Assembly: GCF_038025025.1 (NCBI RefSeq)
Contig: NW_027117351.1
Location: forward strand, 372,001 to 436,000
Direction of reading: 5' to 3'
DNA: 64,000 nt
From: Phyllosticta citribraziliensis
Taxonomy: Eukaryota
Part shown: positions 48,658 through 61,629 of the stretch, one piece after another
How the letters are laid out: every line of letters starts with the position of its first letter
Numbering within the stretch: the stretch's first letter is position 1
The notes under the pieces: model-generated
Told to the model about the DNA's origin: nothing
Seen by the model: only the letters and a program-made list of their open reading frames with translations
Database searches by the model: none
Translations under genes and position numbers: made by a program

Positions 48658-49374
48658 GCTGTGAACTTGGTACCTTTCCCGCTTCACCAAGCCCGTAGAT
48701 GTAAAGCTGTAGGTCCATCCACTGGGATCCAGATTCATGATTGGCTTGATGCCTCGTTGAAGAGCTAGGAAGTACGGGTCATTCCGATCGAGGCTGGAAT
48801 AGGTATCAATTTCTGTCATGATTGATGTCAGTTTTCCCAGGGGCAGACCCAGACATGCAAACTTCGCATCAAATCCAAGTTCGGTAGAGGTCGAAATCCT
48901 TTGCCTGGCTGTCCTCTCCTAGCTGTGCTGTGCCTGTTGGATAGCAGGTGGGAATCGTAAGAGCATGGGAGACTTTGGGCTTGTTACTCGGGATCGTCCT
49001 TGGTGGCACGCTGCTTCCCCTTTGGCAAAACTCCAACCACGGGAGGATATTGTCATTGGTGGCACATGAGAGGTGCTTCATCTGGCCGCCAATTGAAGCA
49101 GGCTGCTCCGCCGAGTCCTGCTTATGTCGTTGAGCGGCGTGGTGTTGCCCTGAAAATTTTCTGCTCCTCGGTCACGTCTGCTCACCTCCAACCCCATCCC
49201 CACCCCCATCCGCACCCAACACCGCCTGTCGCTCCTCCTCCCTCCCGTCCACGCTAACAGGCACGGACCATCAACACCACGGTATCCGGCCGCCCACGTC
49301 TGCTGTAAGTCTTCTCCTCTGCCGCAACCCTTTGTTCCATTGCCACTGCCACGATCTGCTTGACTACGCCCAAC

Positions 49375-52195
49375 ATGGCCTCCGTCAGGACTAAAACTGA
49401 CACGGGAGTAGAGGACCTCGCGTCCTACTTCAAGCGCATCAACTTCGACCTCGATCTCTCACCCTCAGCTCGCAAGCCGTTGCCCAAGCTCAAGCCCGTC
49501 ACAGCGAATACATCTCGCAAGGCCATCTCGGCCGCGTCGTCCAAGCCGCGAAAGGCCAGCTCGGTCGCACCGTCCGAAGCTTCTCAGGGCTTCGTCAAGT
49601 ACACCTACCATTCGTCCAGGCGTCTTTCTCCCAGCGCGAGCTCATTCGTTCCGTCAAGACCCATCAAGGGAGCTCAATCGCCGGCCGACCCGTTTCAGGA
49701 CTCGAGCCCTGTGGATCCAACCCAAGGTAAGCTTCAGCCTTCCTTCGTCAATGGTCACCGCAAACCTCTACCAATTCCGTCCCAAACCCCCGTCTCGACG
49801 ACATTCGGCTGATAATCACAATGATTCCAAAGCTAACGCCAGCTCAGGCAACACCCCGGTCGACCCGCGTTACGAGGCCTTGGGCGAACAAGAAAAACGT
49901 CTCTTGGCCATCTTGAAGTCTCCCCGAGGAAGCCAACAACCTTTCCAGCTCATCCAAAACGAATCTCCGACAAGAACGCCTCCCGTTGTTTCCCACGACA
50001 GCGAAACTTCTCCCTGTAGCGTCTGTCCATACGATACAGCAACTTGCCCTTGCCCCTTGCAATACGCTCAATTCGGCATTGAGGAATTTGCTGTGGAGAG
50101 TGATTTGACATCCCGTCACGTCACACCGGAGTTCGAGGTCCCAGGCTCAATCGACCTGTCCAAGTCCCCGAGCTACACCTTGCCAATTTCGGCTCTTCCC
50201 CACACGTTGCGATCAAGTTCGATCGACGCAACAATGCCTCCACTCGGCAACTTGTTCGGCTTGGGCAACAGCCGTTATGCTCCTAGTCGCCCGAGTTCCC
50301 TATACAATCCTCTCAATCCTGTCTCTGCGGACCGCACTCCTCCGGTTCCTCTCGCCAATGAAGAGGACTTGCAGCAGCAGAGTGCCCTGCAAGCCGATCT
50401 TCAACGCCAAGCTCAGCTCAAGCGCGAGGCCGAGCAAGCCGCGGAGGTTCGCTTGATAAGGGAGCAGGAAGAGCGTGAGCGCCAGCGTCTCGCCAAATTC
50501 AAGGCGGACAAGGAGGAGATGGAGTGGCGCTTGGCCGAGGCCAGGCGCGCTGCTCAGTTCAAAAGAGAGCAGGAAGAGCGTGAGCGTCAGCGCCTTGCCA
50601 AAATCCAAGCTGAAAAGGTGGAGGCGGAGCGTCGTGAGCGCGAAGAAAGGGCCAGGCGTGCTGCCCAGCTCAAAAGGGAGGAAGAAGAGCGTGAGCGCCA
50701 GCGTCTCGCCAAGCTCAAGGCAGAGAAAGAGGAGGCGGAGCGCCGTGAGCGCGAAGAAAGGGCCAGGCGAGCTGCGCAGCTCAAGAGGGAGCAAGAAGAG
50801 CGTGAGCGTGAGCGTCTCGCCAAGCTCAAAGCAGAGAAAGAAGAGGCCGAGCTTCGCGAGCGCTTCAGGCGCCAGGAGGAAGCCAAGCGTGCTCAGCTGA
50901 AAAGACAGCAAGAGGAGCGCGAGCGCCTGGCGAAGATTCAGGCCGAAAAGGAAGAGGCCGAGCGCAAGGAGCGTGAACGTCAGCTGCTCTTGCAGGCGCA
51001 GCGCATCGATGCTATCGGCCAGATTGAAGCCTACGTCAAGGACAGCAGCATGAAGTACGGCATCCTCATGAAGCAGACTGACGACGAGATTGACCAGCAA
51101 GCCTCGGACCTTGAGAGCTTCAACGACAAGATCGCCGCCAAGAAGACTGAGTATGCCAAAATTGAGCAACAGCTCAAGAACTTGGGCGTAGAGCTTCAAG
51201 GTATGGCCGCTGCGAAGGTGGGAATGGACAAGGACCTTCGTCAGCTTGTGGACAACAAGACCGAGTTGCTGTCAGCGGCTCAGAAGGTTCGAAATGAAGC
51301 TGCCGAAAAGACGAAGACGCTCAAGGAAAAATCTCTTTCCTCCAACGAGGTCGCCAAGATTCTTGAATTCATCAAGCCAGAATTCGAGGTAAGTAGTGAT
51401 TGCTTTCGGATGAATGATCCCTACTGACTGACTGCCCAGACTCCTGAAGTCGAGCTTTCCAGGCTGTCTCTCAGCGACAAGCCCGAGTGCAGTGATGACG
51501 ATAGCGAATCCTCTGGCAACGAAGATGGCTTCGTCGACTTGGGTGCCACGCCTGCTCCGGCCTACTGGAAGCTTGACGACACTGGTGTCGAGGCCGACCG
51601 TGTGGTCAAGCTGGTCAATCTCCCGACCAACATCACGGTAGTCACCATCCAGGCTCTCGTCTGGGGTGGTCCACTGGACCGCATCGTCTACACGCCTGGC
51701 GAGAGCACTGCTGAGATTCACTTTCTGATCGGCCAGGACTGCCAAAAGTACTACAAAGCTACGGCCAATCACATTCCGTTCCCTGGCAACGAGGAGCGCC
51801 TCGTCAGAGTCGAGAAGTGTCCTCCCAGCCCCCGCCACCCATTCCTCCGCTACGCCTGGGAGGAGAAGCTTACCCGCTACGTTCTTGCCACTGGCATCCC
51901 CGAGGGCTGGACCAAGGCCGAGTTGAAGAAGTTTGCCGGCTCCCACAACAGAGAGGTCGAGCAAGTCCTCTTTGGCAAGGATTCCAGTGGTGTAAGTCGA
52001 GGGAACATCCAACCGCTGAATTAAAAGCTAACCGCATCCCAGAAACGCCTGTGTGAATTCCGCTTCCTCAACATCTTCCACGCCAACGCTTTCAAGTTTC
52101 TGATGAAGCGCGACATTGACTTTTACAAGGTCAAGACGGAGTACAGCAAGGACCAGTGCGCCGTCCACCGCGGCGTCCACACGCAGCCGCGCTGA
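49375..52195 (+). CDS. Large protein with Ser/Pro-rich N-terminus, E/R/K tandem-repeat helix, coiled coil and C-terminal degenerate RRM pair; exons 49375-49726, 49848-51388, 51440-51991, 52043-52195
   Basis: Three canonical GTAAG..CT(A/G)AC..CAG introns join four ORFs in frame. RVVKLVNLP....V.GG.L...AEIHF....C..YY and CEFRF.NI..A.......Y.KD.C resemble fungal Nrd1/Mrn1-type RRMs. Confidence 0.8.
50460..50985 (+). repeat. Coding tandem repeat, ~5 units of 105-117 nt (35-39 aa)
   Basis: Unit approximates REQEERERQRLAKLKAEKEEAERREREERARRAAQLK. Confidence 0.9.
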
Positions 52196-52971
52196 GGCGT
52201 CAGTCTTTGACCGGCTAGACTGGCTCGTCGTCGCAACGTCTTTATCGAACGCGTTGTTCTTGCTGTCGTCCTACTTGCTTCCGACTTTGCGTCCTGCAAT
52301 TCTTGCGCTCGCGTGCGTACAGCGACTCGTCGTCCCTTTTTCCGGCTGGTCTTTTTCACCATCCTCTCCAATACCTGTAATTTATCAAAACCTGGGTCTA
52401 CTACTGCTGCTGCTGCCTTTCTTTTGCCTTGCGGTGAGCTGGGCTGTCTGTCTGGTAGTGGCTTGGGATGAGCGACGGAAATCGACCCGGGGGAAAAATT
52501 CTGCACTTCTTGCTTTGGTGGCGACGGTGGCGGTTGCTTCTGATGATTGAATGGGGCACAATTGGGGTTGTCGTGGTCATGGATGGGCTGATGGCCCTCG
52601 CGGTCTGAGCGAGTAGGTAGCTAGCTTGATAGGTACTGAAAACTGGCCATGGGATTTTCAACACTTCAAACCCTGCAATCGATTTTGCCTTTGCCTTTGT
52701 GTGCTTCGAGTTGCTGTGTGCTTGGATGACGTGATTGTGGTGGTGGTGGTTGGTGTCGATGGTGACTTGGAGGAGATGCAAAGAGCAGCGCACGGTGGGG
52801 GTGGCCAAGCAAATAAGACTCCCCCCTACCCATGTAGCTGCTCAATATACAAGTGTGTATGTGTGCGTGGGTGCGGTTAATTTGGGACTCGGCACGCAAA
52901 CAATATCAATCAGGTTCGACCGGCACGCGCATCGCATCGTTATCGAGTAGATGAAGAAGGAAGGCGCGCGG

Positions 52972-53962
52972 CTTCTTCTTCTGCTTCTTCTTCTTCTTCT
53001 TCTTCTTCTTCTCCGTCTATCCCCAGTCACCACACCACCTACACCAACCAACTCGATCGATCGATCGACGCTGGAATGCTCTGCCTCCTGGGCGGGCGGG
53101 CGGCCAGGCAGGCAATCGTCGCAGTGCCAGCCAGGCCAGCGTGCGAATGCTGCCGTCCTTGCTTCCTTGCTTGTGAGCGAGGCCGATGCGTGCGTAGGTG
53201 CGTGCCCTGGCTGGTTGTGTGTGTGTGTGTGTGTTGTGTCCCGCGACGACTTGCGTTGGCACGTTTTGAGAAGGAAAGGAAAGAAAGGGGAGGGGAGAGG
53301 GAAGAGTACGCCGGCCGGTTGCTCTGGTTGGTGTGTGCCGTGCTTGCTTGCTTGCCTGCTGAGACGGGACTCTTGGGGAAGGCTGGCTGGCTGGCTGGCT
53401 GGTCTATGTTCGTTTCGTCAGTCGTAGTCTGCTGCAGGGCGCGTTGTTGTGGAGCTTGAGCGTGTAAGAAAAGTCTGCAGTCTATGTCGTTGTGTATCTA
53501 TGTTTGATGTATGTACAGTACATATGGGGGGGTGCTCATGTATGGGGCATGTTTGTATCTACAACCAACCAACCGACCGACCGACCGACCGACTAACCGA
53601 CTAACCGACACAGCCAGCGCAGCGCACCACCCATGCATACCATCACACATCAGCTTGGCTGTGCTCGCGTTGCGGTAGTCGTCGGTCCAGGCGCGCCCCG
53701 CCCCGCCACGCCCGGCGGCGCTATCGACGGGATGGACCCGTGGGCGGCGCGGCCGCGGCCGCCGCACTGCCACTGCCACTGCTGAACAAAGCGAAAAGCA
53801 AAAGGGAAAAGGTTGAATGCTTGAACCTGAACCTGAAGTCAATAAACGCCTCCTGCGCCTCGATCGGACTAGAAGGGACGAGACCGGACCGGACCGCAAG
53901 ACCGCACTGGACCGGACCGCAAGACGACCGCACCAGAATATACTAGACTAGACTAGACTAGA
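52972..53962. repeat. Microsatellite-rich intergenic region
   Basis: (CTT)n ~52972-53011, (GT)n ~53216-53234, (GGCT)n ~53381-53402, (CCGA)n ~53572-53608, (GGACC)n ~53883-53918, (CTAGA)n ~53943-53962. Confidence 0.9.
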
Positions 53963-54170
53963 GTGGGTAGATTGAAAGAAGGGAGAAGGGAAGAAGCAAA
54001 GGGAAAAACGCCTGGTGGTATGAACTAGAACGACAATTTTGGCAAGATGGTGTGGTGGTAGCAATGGAAAAACGAGGAAAGAAAGAAGGAAAAAGAGGGG
54101 ATCTGTACACCGGCTTGTATTACACGGAACAAGAGCAGGATGTATGTATGGATGTGTGTGGGTAGCAGGC

Positions 54171-55394
54171 CTAGAAAATGGTAATGGTGCCCGAATCGTG
54201 CTTCTTGCGAAACCAGGAGCGCTTCTTGCGCAGCGAAAACGTGGAGCGCGTCGACAGCGACGCGGCGTTGGTCGAGCACTTGGGCGACGCGGGCGGCGAG
54301 TCGTCGTCTTCCATGACGCTGATGACGGGACCGGCGTCGTCCTCATCGTCGTCGTACGTTGCGGGGGGTGGGGGAATGGTGGTGGTGACGGGCGGGTCGG
54401 CAAAGGCGACGGAGACGTGGACGACGGGGATGGCGACGGCGACGCCTTCGCAGATGGGCGGCGGGATGGTGACGTCGGAGACGGACGAGCCGGCGCTGCT
54501 GCCGCTGCGGTCAGAGTTGGCCCACGAGGCGCGGCGCGAGGGGCTGCTGCTGCTGGGGCTGCTGCTGCCGGTGGTGTCGGAGAGCGTGCTGGCAGACGAC
54601 TGCACCGAGCGCTTCTTCTCGAGGTATTCTGGTCGTTGCGGGTTAGCCGACAGTGTTTGGACAGGTAGAAAAGAGGGATACTCACGAGAGCGTGCCGAAG
54701 AGCCGCTCGAGCCCGATTTGGTCGAGGTGGATGAGCTGTCGACCGTCTCGCCGTCTGATGTCAAGTTAACAAGTCGTTCCTCGTCATGTTGCGTAGGAGA
54801 CTTGCCTTCATTCTCCTCGGCCATGGGCTCAATCTGCTGCAGCCGGATGAACGACGAGGCGCGCGAGCTGGGGTGCAGCCGCCTGGGACGGCCCTTCTTG
54901 CGGCCAACAAACGCGGGCGTCTTGCTCGGGTCGTATGTGAATTGGTTGGGAGCAACGAGCGAGTTGCGCGTCTTGAGCGTCATGGTGTCGGCGGGCTGCT
55001 TGGCCGTTGACGACGCCGGCATGGGAAAGTCCAAAGACAGCATGACGGACTCGATGGAGAGATCGCTGCTGCGATGCTTCAGCGTCCGCAGGTTCGGTGC
55101 GCTGGTGGAGTTGCGCAGAACCGGAGCAGAAAGCCGTTTGAGCGACTCGTTGCTCTTGGTACGGTTCATGACGGGTCGCCAGCTGGCCCTCTTGCTCTCG
55201 GGTTGGGCTTGAGGGTCATCTTGTGGGACCTCCTGGACGGCGACAGTTGGTATAGCTCCTGATTGAGGCTGAGGCTGTGCGTCGTTTTCCTTTTCCAATT
55301 CTGGGGTTTGTTTTTCGGCAGTGGCTGTTGGTTCTTTTTGCTTTTGTTTGGAAGCCTTGAAGCTCTTGGCTCTAAGCTTGGAGAAGATGGACAT
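54171..55394 (-). CDS. Hypothetical Ser-rich, largely disordered protein; probable in-frame introns 54755-54805 (GC-AG) and 54629-54685
   Basis: 407-aa ATG ORF (MSIFSKLRAK...KKRSWFRKK) containing two intron-shaped segments with donor, branch site and CAG acceptor. Confidence 0.7.
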   Translation of the reverse strand: MSIFSKLRAKSFKASKQKQKEPTATAEKQTPELEKENDAQPQPQSGAIPTVAVQEVPQDDPQAQPESKRASWRPVMNRTKSNESLKRLSAPVLRNSTSAPNLRTLKHRSSDLSIESVMLSLDFPMPASSTAKQPADTMTLKTRNSLVAPNQFTYDPSKTPAFVGRKKGRPRRLHPSSRASSFIRLQQIEPMAEENEGKSPTQHDEERLVNLTSDGETVDSSSTSTKSGSSGSSARSREYPSFLPVQTLSANPQRPEYLEKKRSVQSSASTLSDTTGSSSPSSSSPSRRASWANSDRSGSSAGSSVSDVTIPPPICEGVAVAIPVVHVSVAFADPPVTTTIPPPPATYDDDEDDAGPVISVMEDDDSPPASPKCSTNAASLSTRSTFSLRKKRSWFRKKHDSGTITIF

Positions 55395-57261
55395 TTTGGA
55401 GGGTGTTGTAAGGAGTGCAATGACGAGTCTTGGCTGGCGCCCAAATGACTAAATATTCTGGGGCGGGGTCGAGGTCGAGATCGAGTTCCCCCTGCAAAGC
55501 TTGACGTGATGAAGGTGGTCCGAATCCGGATTGGACAGGCCCGTCAGTATGGAATGGCGCAGTCGATCCGGAGAGGCGGTGCCAGCCCAGGGGAGAGGAA
55601 CTGCCAAGTGTGGAAATTTATCAGACCTTGATTGGACGACGACGTCAGTAGACGCAAGGGATGGTGAGGAAGGAAATGCACAACAACAAGTGATGAATGA
55701 GAGTGCACCCGGTTAAAAAGTACAAGGAGAGTTGCAGGGTGGTGGGCAACGCAGCACGAGACTGTCGTGTATCTATATCCAACAGAGGCATCCGAGTGAT
55801 TGTCACGCTAAGGCAGGGGCTTCACCTAGGCATGCGAGTGGCAGCAGTTCTCGAAGTCTTCTAGCCGCGGTCGCGATTCGATGGGCAAGAATTGTCCTCG
55901 GAAAAGCCATCAAGCTTCGCTTCCAAGGCCGAGTGGCTGAAGTTGGCTGGCTAGGCGCTTTTGGTGGAGGCTCGAAGAAGTGCGCCAATCTCACAAGCTG
56001 GTCTCTGCGTTGGGTAAGACGTCTGCGCATGGGAGCGAATGTCGTCGATTGGACGGGAATTGGTCATGTATTCCAGGTGACACGGTGACGGGTTGAAAGC
56101 TTGAGGCAGGGTTAGCAGCTGAAGGGAAAAAGCAAACAAGCAATATTGAGCAGCGAGTGAGACAGCAGGCCGGTAAAGATCTAGGACCGGTTCGAGGCAT
56201 GGTGGTTGTCGGGCCCAGCAGATAAGGAACACAGGGAGGGTTGACGGCGCGGATGGTCGAACCGCAGGGAAGATGGTCCCGTCAGCCAGGCTAGGCGCAC
56301 AGGCAGGGCGGGAGATGGACAACAGAGTTTCGGAGAGCTTGTCTGCGCCGTTTCTCATGTTTCGATAGTCGACGGTGGAGCACGTGTTGAGGGCGACGGC
56401 GAGCGCCACAGCGGAGGGCGACGAGGAGGCGCTGGTGGTGAGGAACTGAGGATAGACGAGGAGCTGAGCGAAGCTGAGCGAGGTTCTCGACCTCTGGTTG
56501 ACAAGAATAGCGCCCCTAGGCCTAGGTACATCTAATGTACTTGGGTTGTGGTCTGGCCACGGCAGTGGGCCGGAGTTTGTGCCGGGCCGAGACGAGACGG
56601 GATCGCGTGGGCCGGTGCTTTCGTCATCCCATCCCATCCGCCCCAGCCCCAGGGCAGCCGACCGGAGGACGACGACGACACCTCAGGGCACACCTCAGGC
56701 AGCCGAAGAGAAGGACATGTCATGACGCCCGAATGCTCCCAACAACACTAACCTACATACTGACGTCGACCCTTTGTACCCTGGCTTCCTTCACTCTCTC
56801 CCGTCGCCCACTCCGCGCCCTTTCCTTCCGTTCCGTGCTTCTTCTGTGCCATCCATCAACCCGGTCCTGTCCTTCCCGTGGCCTCCACTACTTGAGCCAA
56901 GCCTACGCCGCCGACCGAGGAGCGCGACTCCAGCTCCACCACCACAACGCGCTCGACACCCATTCGACCACCACTAACCCGACCGCCCCGCTCGCTGCCT
57001 CCTCTTGATTCGTCCTCTCCTGCGCCTGCGCACGAGACCCAAGACTCCCGAGTCGCCATCCTGTCCCGTCGCCCTGACCTGCGCCGCGCGCCTCAGCCGC
57101 CTGAGCCCATCCTTCACCACCGCGACTGCAAACGCCCTTTCGCATCACAACATTTCCCACCCCGGCCGGCGCGAACCTCCCGCCTAGCTCGTCCTCTGCC
57201 TAACCGCCTCGGCTAACGCGCCCGAGTGTCGGCAGGCAGGCAGGCCTCTTCCCACCTCAAC

Positions 57262-60182
57262 ATGGCCCCATCCGCACAACCACCGCCTGCCGATCGCAAA
57301 CGCGTCAAGGTCTACGAGTTGAAGAATGGCGACTGGTTCGACAGGGGCACTGGCTTCTGCACCAGTGCCATGGTCAATGTGCGTCGTCCCCTCCCTCTGC
57401 CTGATTGCGCCGACTCTGCGCAACCTGCTGACGACACTCGCCACACCCAGGACGAACCGCGCATCTACGTCCAGTCCGAAGACGACCCCCAGCGCGTCTT
57501 GCTCGAAACAAGAGTCACCAAAGACGACGGATACCAAAAGCAACAAGGCGAGTTGCCGCCCAACCACCCGCCGTCCAAGCATTGACGCTGAGACCTGCGC
57601 AGATACCCTCATAGTGTGGACCGAGCAAAATGGCACAGACATGGCGCTTAGCTTCCAGGAAGCAGACGGGTGCGGGGCAATATGGTAAGCCACGTTTCGC
57701 CCTCGTGGACATGAGAGCCACTCTGCTCACGCCTGCCACAGGGACTTCGTCAGTGAGGTGCAGTCGCGCCTTGCTGCGCTTTCAGGAGCTGGTGAGTATC
57801 TGCGACCCGTTCCTTCCCGCCTCCTCCCGCTGATTGCATCTTTAGACGATGGTCTCTCAGACGATGTCATGGACATGCATCCCATTATGCTCCCCGATCC
57901 AGAGCTTGGCAACCTCGCCGATATTGAAACCATGATCAGAGCCGCCAGCGCCGCTCCCACCGGACGCGACGCCTTGGCCAGGTTCGTCATGTCAGCCGGA
58001 TACATTCCCAAGCTCGTCCCGCTGGTCGAAATCGCCGAGGATCTCGAGAGCCTGGAGGACCTACACCGCCTGTGCAACATTATGAAGACGCTGATATTAC
58101 TAAACGACTCGGCCATCATCGAGCACGCCGTCGCCGACGAAGTCATCATGGGAGTCGTGGGCGCGCTCGAGTACGACCCAGACTTTCCCACACACAAGGC
58201 CAATCACAGGCAGTACCTGGCGGACAAGTCGAGATACAAGGAGGTTGTCAAGATTGAGGATGTCGGCACCAAGAGAAAGATCCACTGCACCTACCGCTTA
58301 CAATACCTCAAGGATGTCGTGCTAGCCCGCATCCTCGACGACCCCACCTTTTCCGTGCTCAATTCTCTGATTTTCTTTCACCAAGTTGATGTTGTCACGC
58401 ATCTGCAAGCGAATGCTGCATTTCTCAAGGAGTTGTTCGGCATCTTCAGGGCAGAAGAGACCGACATGCAGCGCAAAAAGGACGCCGTGCTGTTGATCCA
58501 GCAATGCTGCACCATTGCCAAGAGCTTGCAGGGAAACTCACGCGCACAGCTCTACTCAAACTTCCTCGGTGGAGGCCTGCTCAACGTCATTACCTTTGCC
58601 CTGCGTAATTCGGATGCGGCCGTCCGCGTCGCCGGAACTGATATTCTTGTAGCCCTGATTGACCACGACGCCATCATGGTCCGCAGCCAGATTTTCAAGG
58701 CCATTAACGAAAAGACCAAGCCCCTGACTGACACTTTGATTGAGCTGTTGTTGGTTGAGACGGACCTGGGTGTCAAGGCCCAGATGGCAGATGCCATCAA
58801 GGTTCTGCTGGATCCCAATGCCAACCATGCCACCATGGAAACTCTGGGACGCGCCAACAGCGAATTTTTGGCCAAGACCCGTCACCCTGCACATCCCATT
58901 TCTGGGACCGACACCTTTATCCAAAACTTCTACGACGAGTCGGCCAAGAAGTTGTTCCAGCCTCTCAAGGACCTGCAAGGCAGAGAGTCTAGTAGGCACG
59001 CCCAACTCCATTCCTGAGCATAACTGACCATCTGCAGTGGACAACCTCTCCATTCCACAGGTGTCGCTATACTCACATCTTGTCGAGGTCTTGTGCTTCT
59101 TCATACGGCAGCACTCTTTCAGGAGTAAATACTTTATCCTGTCCGAAGACCTCGCCTCCCGCGTGGCGCAGCTCATGGCTTGTCCCGAGAAGCATCTGAA
59201 GCTGACGGCACTGAAATACTTCCGGACGTGCATTGGACTGCACGACGAGTTTCACAATCGCCAAATCATCCAAAACCGGCTCTTTGAGCCGATACTCAAC
59301 ATTGTCTTTGAGACGATGCCGCGGGACAATCTGCTCAATTCCGCATGCCTCGAGTTATTCGAGTTTGTCAAACGCGAGACGATTAAGCCCATCATAGACC
59401 ACCTTGTGGAAAACTATCGGGAAAAGTTGGAAGGCATCACCTATGTCCCGACATTTCAAAGCCTGATTCTGCGGTACGAGCAGCTAAACGAGCGTCCCGA
59501 GCCGACGGCGCCCAACTCGTTTGTGACTGACGACTCGGACTCTGGGCGACACCCAACCATTAATGGATCACGCCTTCAAGGCCTCCGAGACATGGACGCT
59601 GAAGAAGAAGCCTACTTTAATGGATCAGATGACGAAGACGACACGGCTCTCCCATCTGTCGACCTTGATGTCAAACCCAACGGCGCCGTCCGGCCGCTCG
59701 TCGACTACCCAGAAGAAGACGACGACGACGAGGACGCCATGGACGTGTTGCAAGACGAAAACGCGCCAGCGCTCTCGACCGAACTCGCCGGCGAGGAGCG
59801 CGCGGGATCGACGCCATCGACCGGCGCACCACCCACACCTCCGACGTCGACGTCACCACAAGCATCACCACCGCGGCAGCAAACGCCGGTACCGTCAACG
59901 CCGCCGCCCGAGCGGCTATCGGAGAAGCGGCGCCGAGAAGAAGACGACGAGGACGAGCTCGGCAAGCTGTCGCAGCAGACGAAGCGGCGGTCGTCGTCGA
60001 TGAGCAGCGTCGGCAGCAATCTGGGCGTGTCGGGCGGCGGCGGGGGTAGACCGAAGAGAAAGGGGTCGGCGGGGCAGGCTGGTAAAGACGGCGGAGGAGG
60101 GGGAGGCGGGCCGGGAAAGGGCATTGCGATTAAGCTGCCGCTGAAGGCGAATACCAAGGGCGAGTCGGGAGGGAACGAGTGA
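57262..60182 (+). CDS. PSY2: Protein phosphatase 4 regulatory subunit 3 (Psy2/SMEK); introns 57379-57450, 57548-57602 (GC-AG), 57685-57741, 57792-57845, 58992-59037
   Basis: EVH1-like RVKVYEL....W.DRGTG, YQKQQDTLIVW, MALSFQE..GC..IW; LEYDPDFP, TYRLQYLKDVVLAR, RDNLLNSACLELFEF. Confidence 0.95.
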
Positions 60183-60604
60183 GTTTTGTTTCGAGAGAGT
60201 GAGAGAGATATCAATGACGCGATGGGAAATCTTTTTTTCTTTCTTCCTTCTTTCTTCTTTCTTGTTCGTCTTCCTTGACCTTGCTTGCTTGGTCCTCCTC
60301 CCGGTGGATGATGTTGCGAAAGGTGTACATGTGTCTATCTGTCTGTCCAGCCTGGCGATACCCCCCCTCTCCCTGTCTCCCCACCCTCCAAGCTCTGAAA
60401 GAGCTCATCCTCCTCTCCCTCATCTCGTCCTCCCATCCTCCGCGCCGCGCCTTGCCGTGCCCTGGTGTCTGGCACAGCGTAGTCAGTAGGTACATGTAGG
60501 TAGGAAGGTATTATATCTTGGCGCTCTGGTTGGCGCTGTTGCTGTGTGTACATACCCACGTACCTACCTATCTACCGCGACTTCGTAGTAAAAGGTCGTG
60601 GCTC

Positions 60605-60690
60605 GCACAACCTCCCAACCAGTCACTGCACGCGACGCGTGAATGCTCCCTGAAGTCGTCCATTTCAGCACTTGAATGTTCCCCGTCAGC
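60605..60690 (+). mobile_element. MITE family internal remnant F
   Basis: GAATGCTCCC at 60641 and GAATGTTCCC at 60674 (33 apart), with a weaker core at 60608. Confidence 0.45.
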
Positions 60691-61629
60691 CGGCCTGGGC
60701 TTGATAGGTATCAACGACGGGCTCTTCCTTCGGCCCCGACCAACCGAATCGACCCCACGCGGGCGCCTTGCCGCATCGGGCACCCAGCGAGCGAGCGGGC
60801 CGCAGGACGCACGGACGGCGGCCGCATCTGGGCCCAGGAGCTGGAGCGCGGCGGGCGGGGCGGGGATTTGCCTGTGATGGTCGAAAGGTGGGAAATTTTT
60901 TTCGACGGCACATTAGCCATGACTCGAGGCGCGAAGTCAATTCTGATGCTTTTTGCGACGTCGTGCGGTGACGACCGCGCTGGTACATACATACATACAT
61001 ACATACATACGCGCCCAGTACTGACGGTCGTCGTTGTTGTGAGTTGGGCTTGTTGGCTGCATAAGGTACTGCTAGGTGGTAAGGTAGATACGGCATACTC
61101 GGGCTTGAGGAGTGAGGCGTTGTTGAGTCGCTCTCATCCCACCCTGCGCTCCCTCCGACCAGACCGAGCCGAGCCTTCTTCGTCCTTGATACAGACCGTA
61201 CGTATCGGCCATCTGACTCGGCCGACTGCTGCTTTTCTCGAGGCCTCGTCCAGTCCATTCCCCCCCCCCTCCCTACCTTCGACATACCGCGCCTTCTCCG
61301 CAGCAGGCAGCGACGACAGGACCGCTCCGTCTGTCTGCCTGTGAGCCAGGTCTTTGGAGAGCGAGCGACTTTTGGAGTTTTGCGCTCGCTGTGGTGGAGA
61401 AGAAAACTCCCGGTCGTCGTGGCATTTCCTGCCCTGCCCGTCTGACAGCCCCGCCTGCAGCCTCGCGTTTTTCCAGCAGCAGCAGAGGTGTTGTTGACGT
61501 TTCTGGCGGCGCGGATTGTGTTGGTTGAGGATATCGCGAATAAGAGCTTGGGCTGCATTTGCGACAGAGAGAGAGAGAGAGAGAGGCGACGCCTGCAGAA
61601 AAAGGAAGGACCTGATTGAGGTAGACATC

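Noticed and set aside
48660..49100. Short minus-strand ORFs with protein-like stretches next to the MITEs
   Set aside because: They are under 75 aa, lack consistent splice signals and match no family I recognise.
52791..52845. CACGGTGGG-starting segment resembling a left TIR; also weak cores at 18841/18873, 33337 and 56731
   Set aside because: No convincing partner TIR or full interior was found. These may be remnants but cannot be supported by eye.
4300..57845. Apparent excess of stop-free 3n introns (Pmp3-like, DRS2, MET2, two in the 54-kb gene, two in PSY2)
   Set aside because: About 7 of roughly 40 short GC-rich introns is close to chance expectation, so there is no evidence of enrichment.
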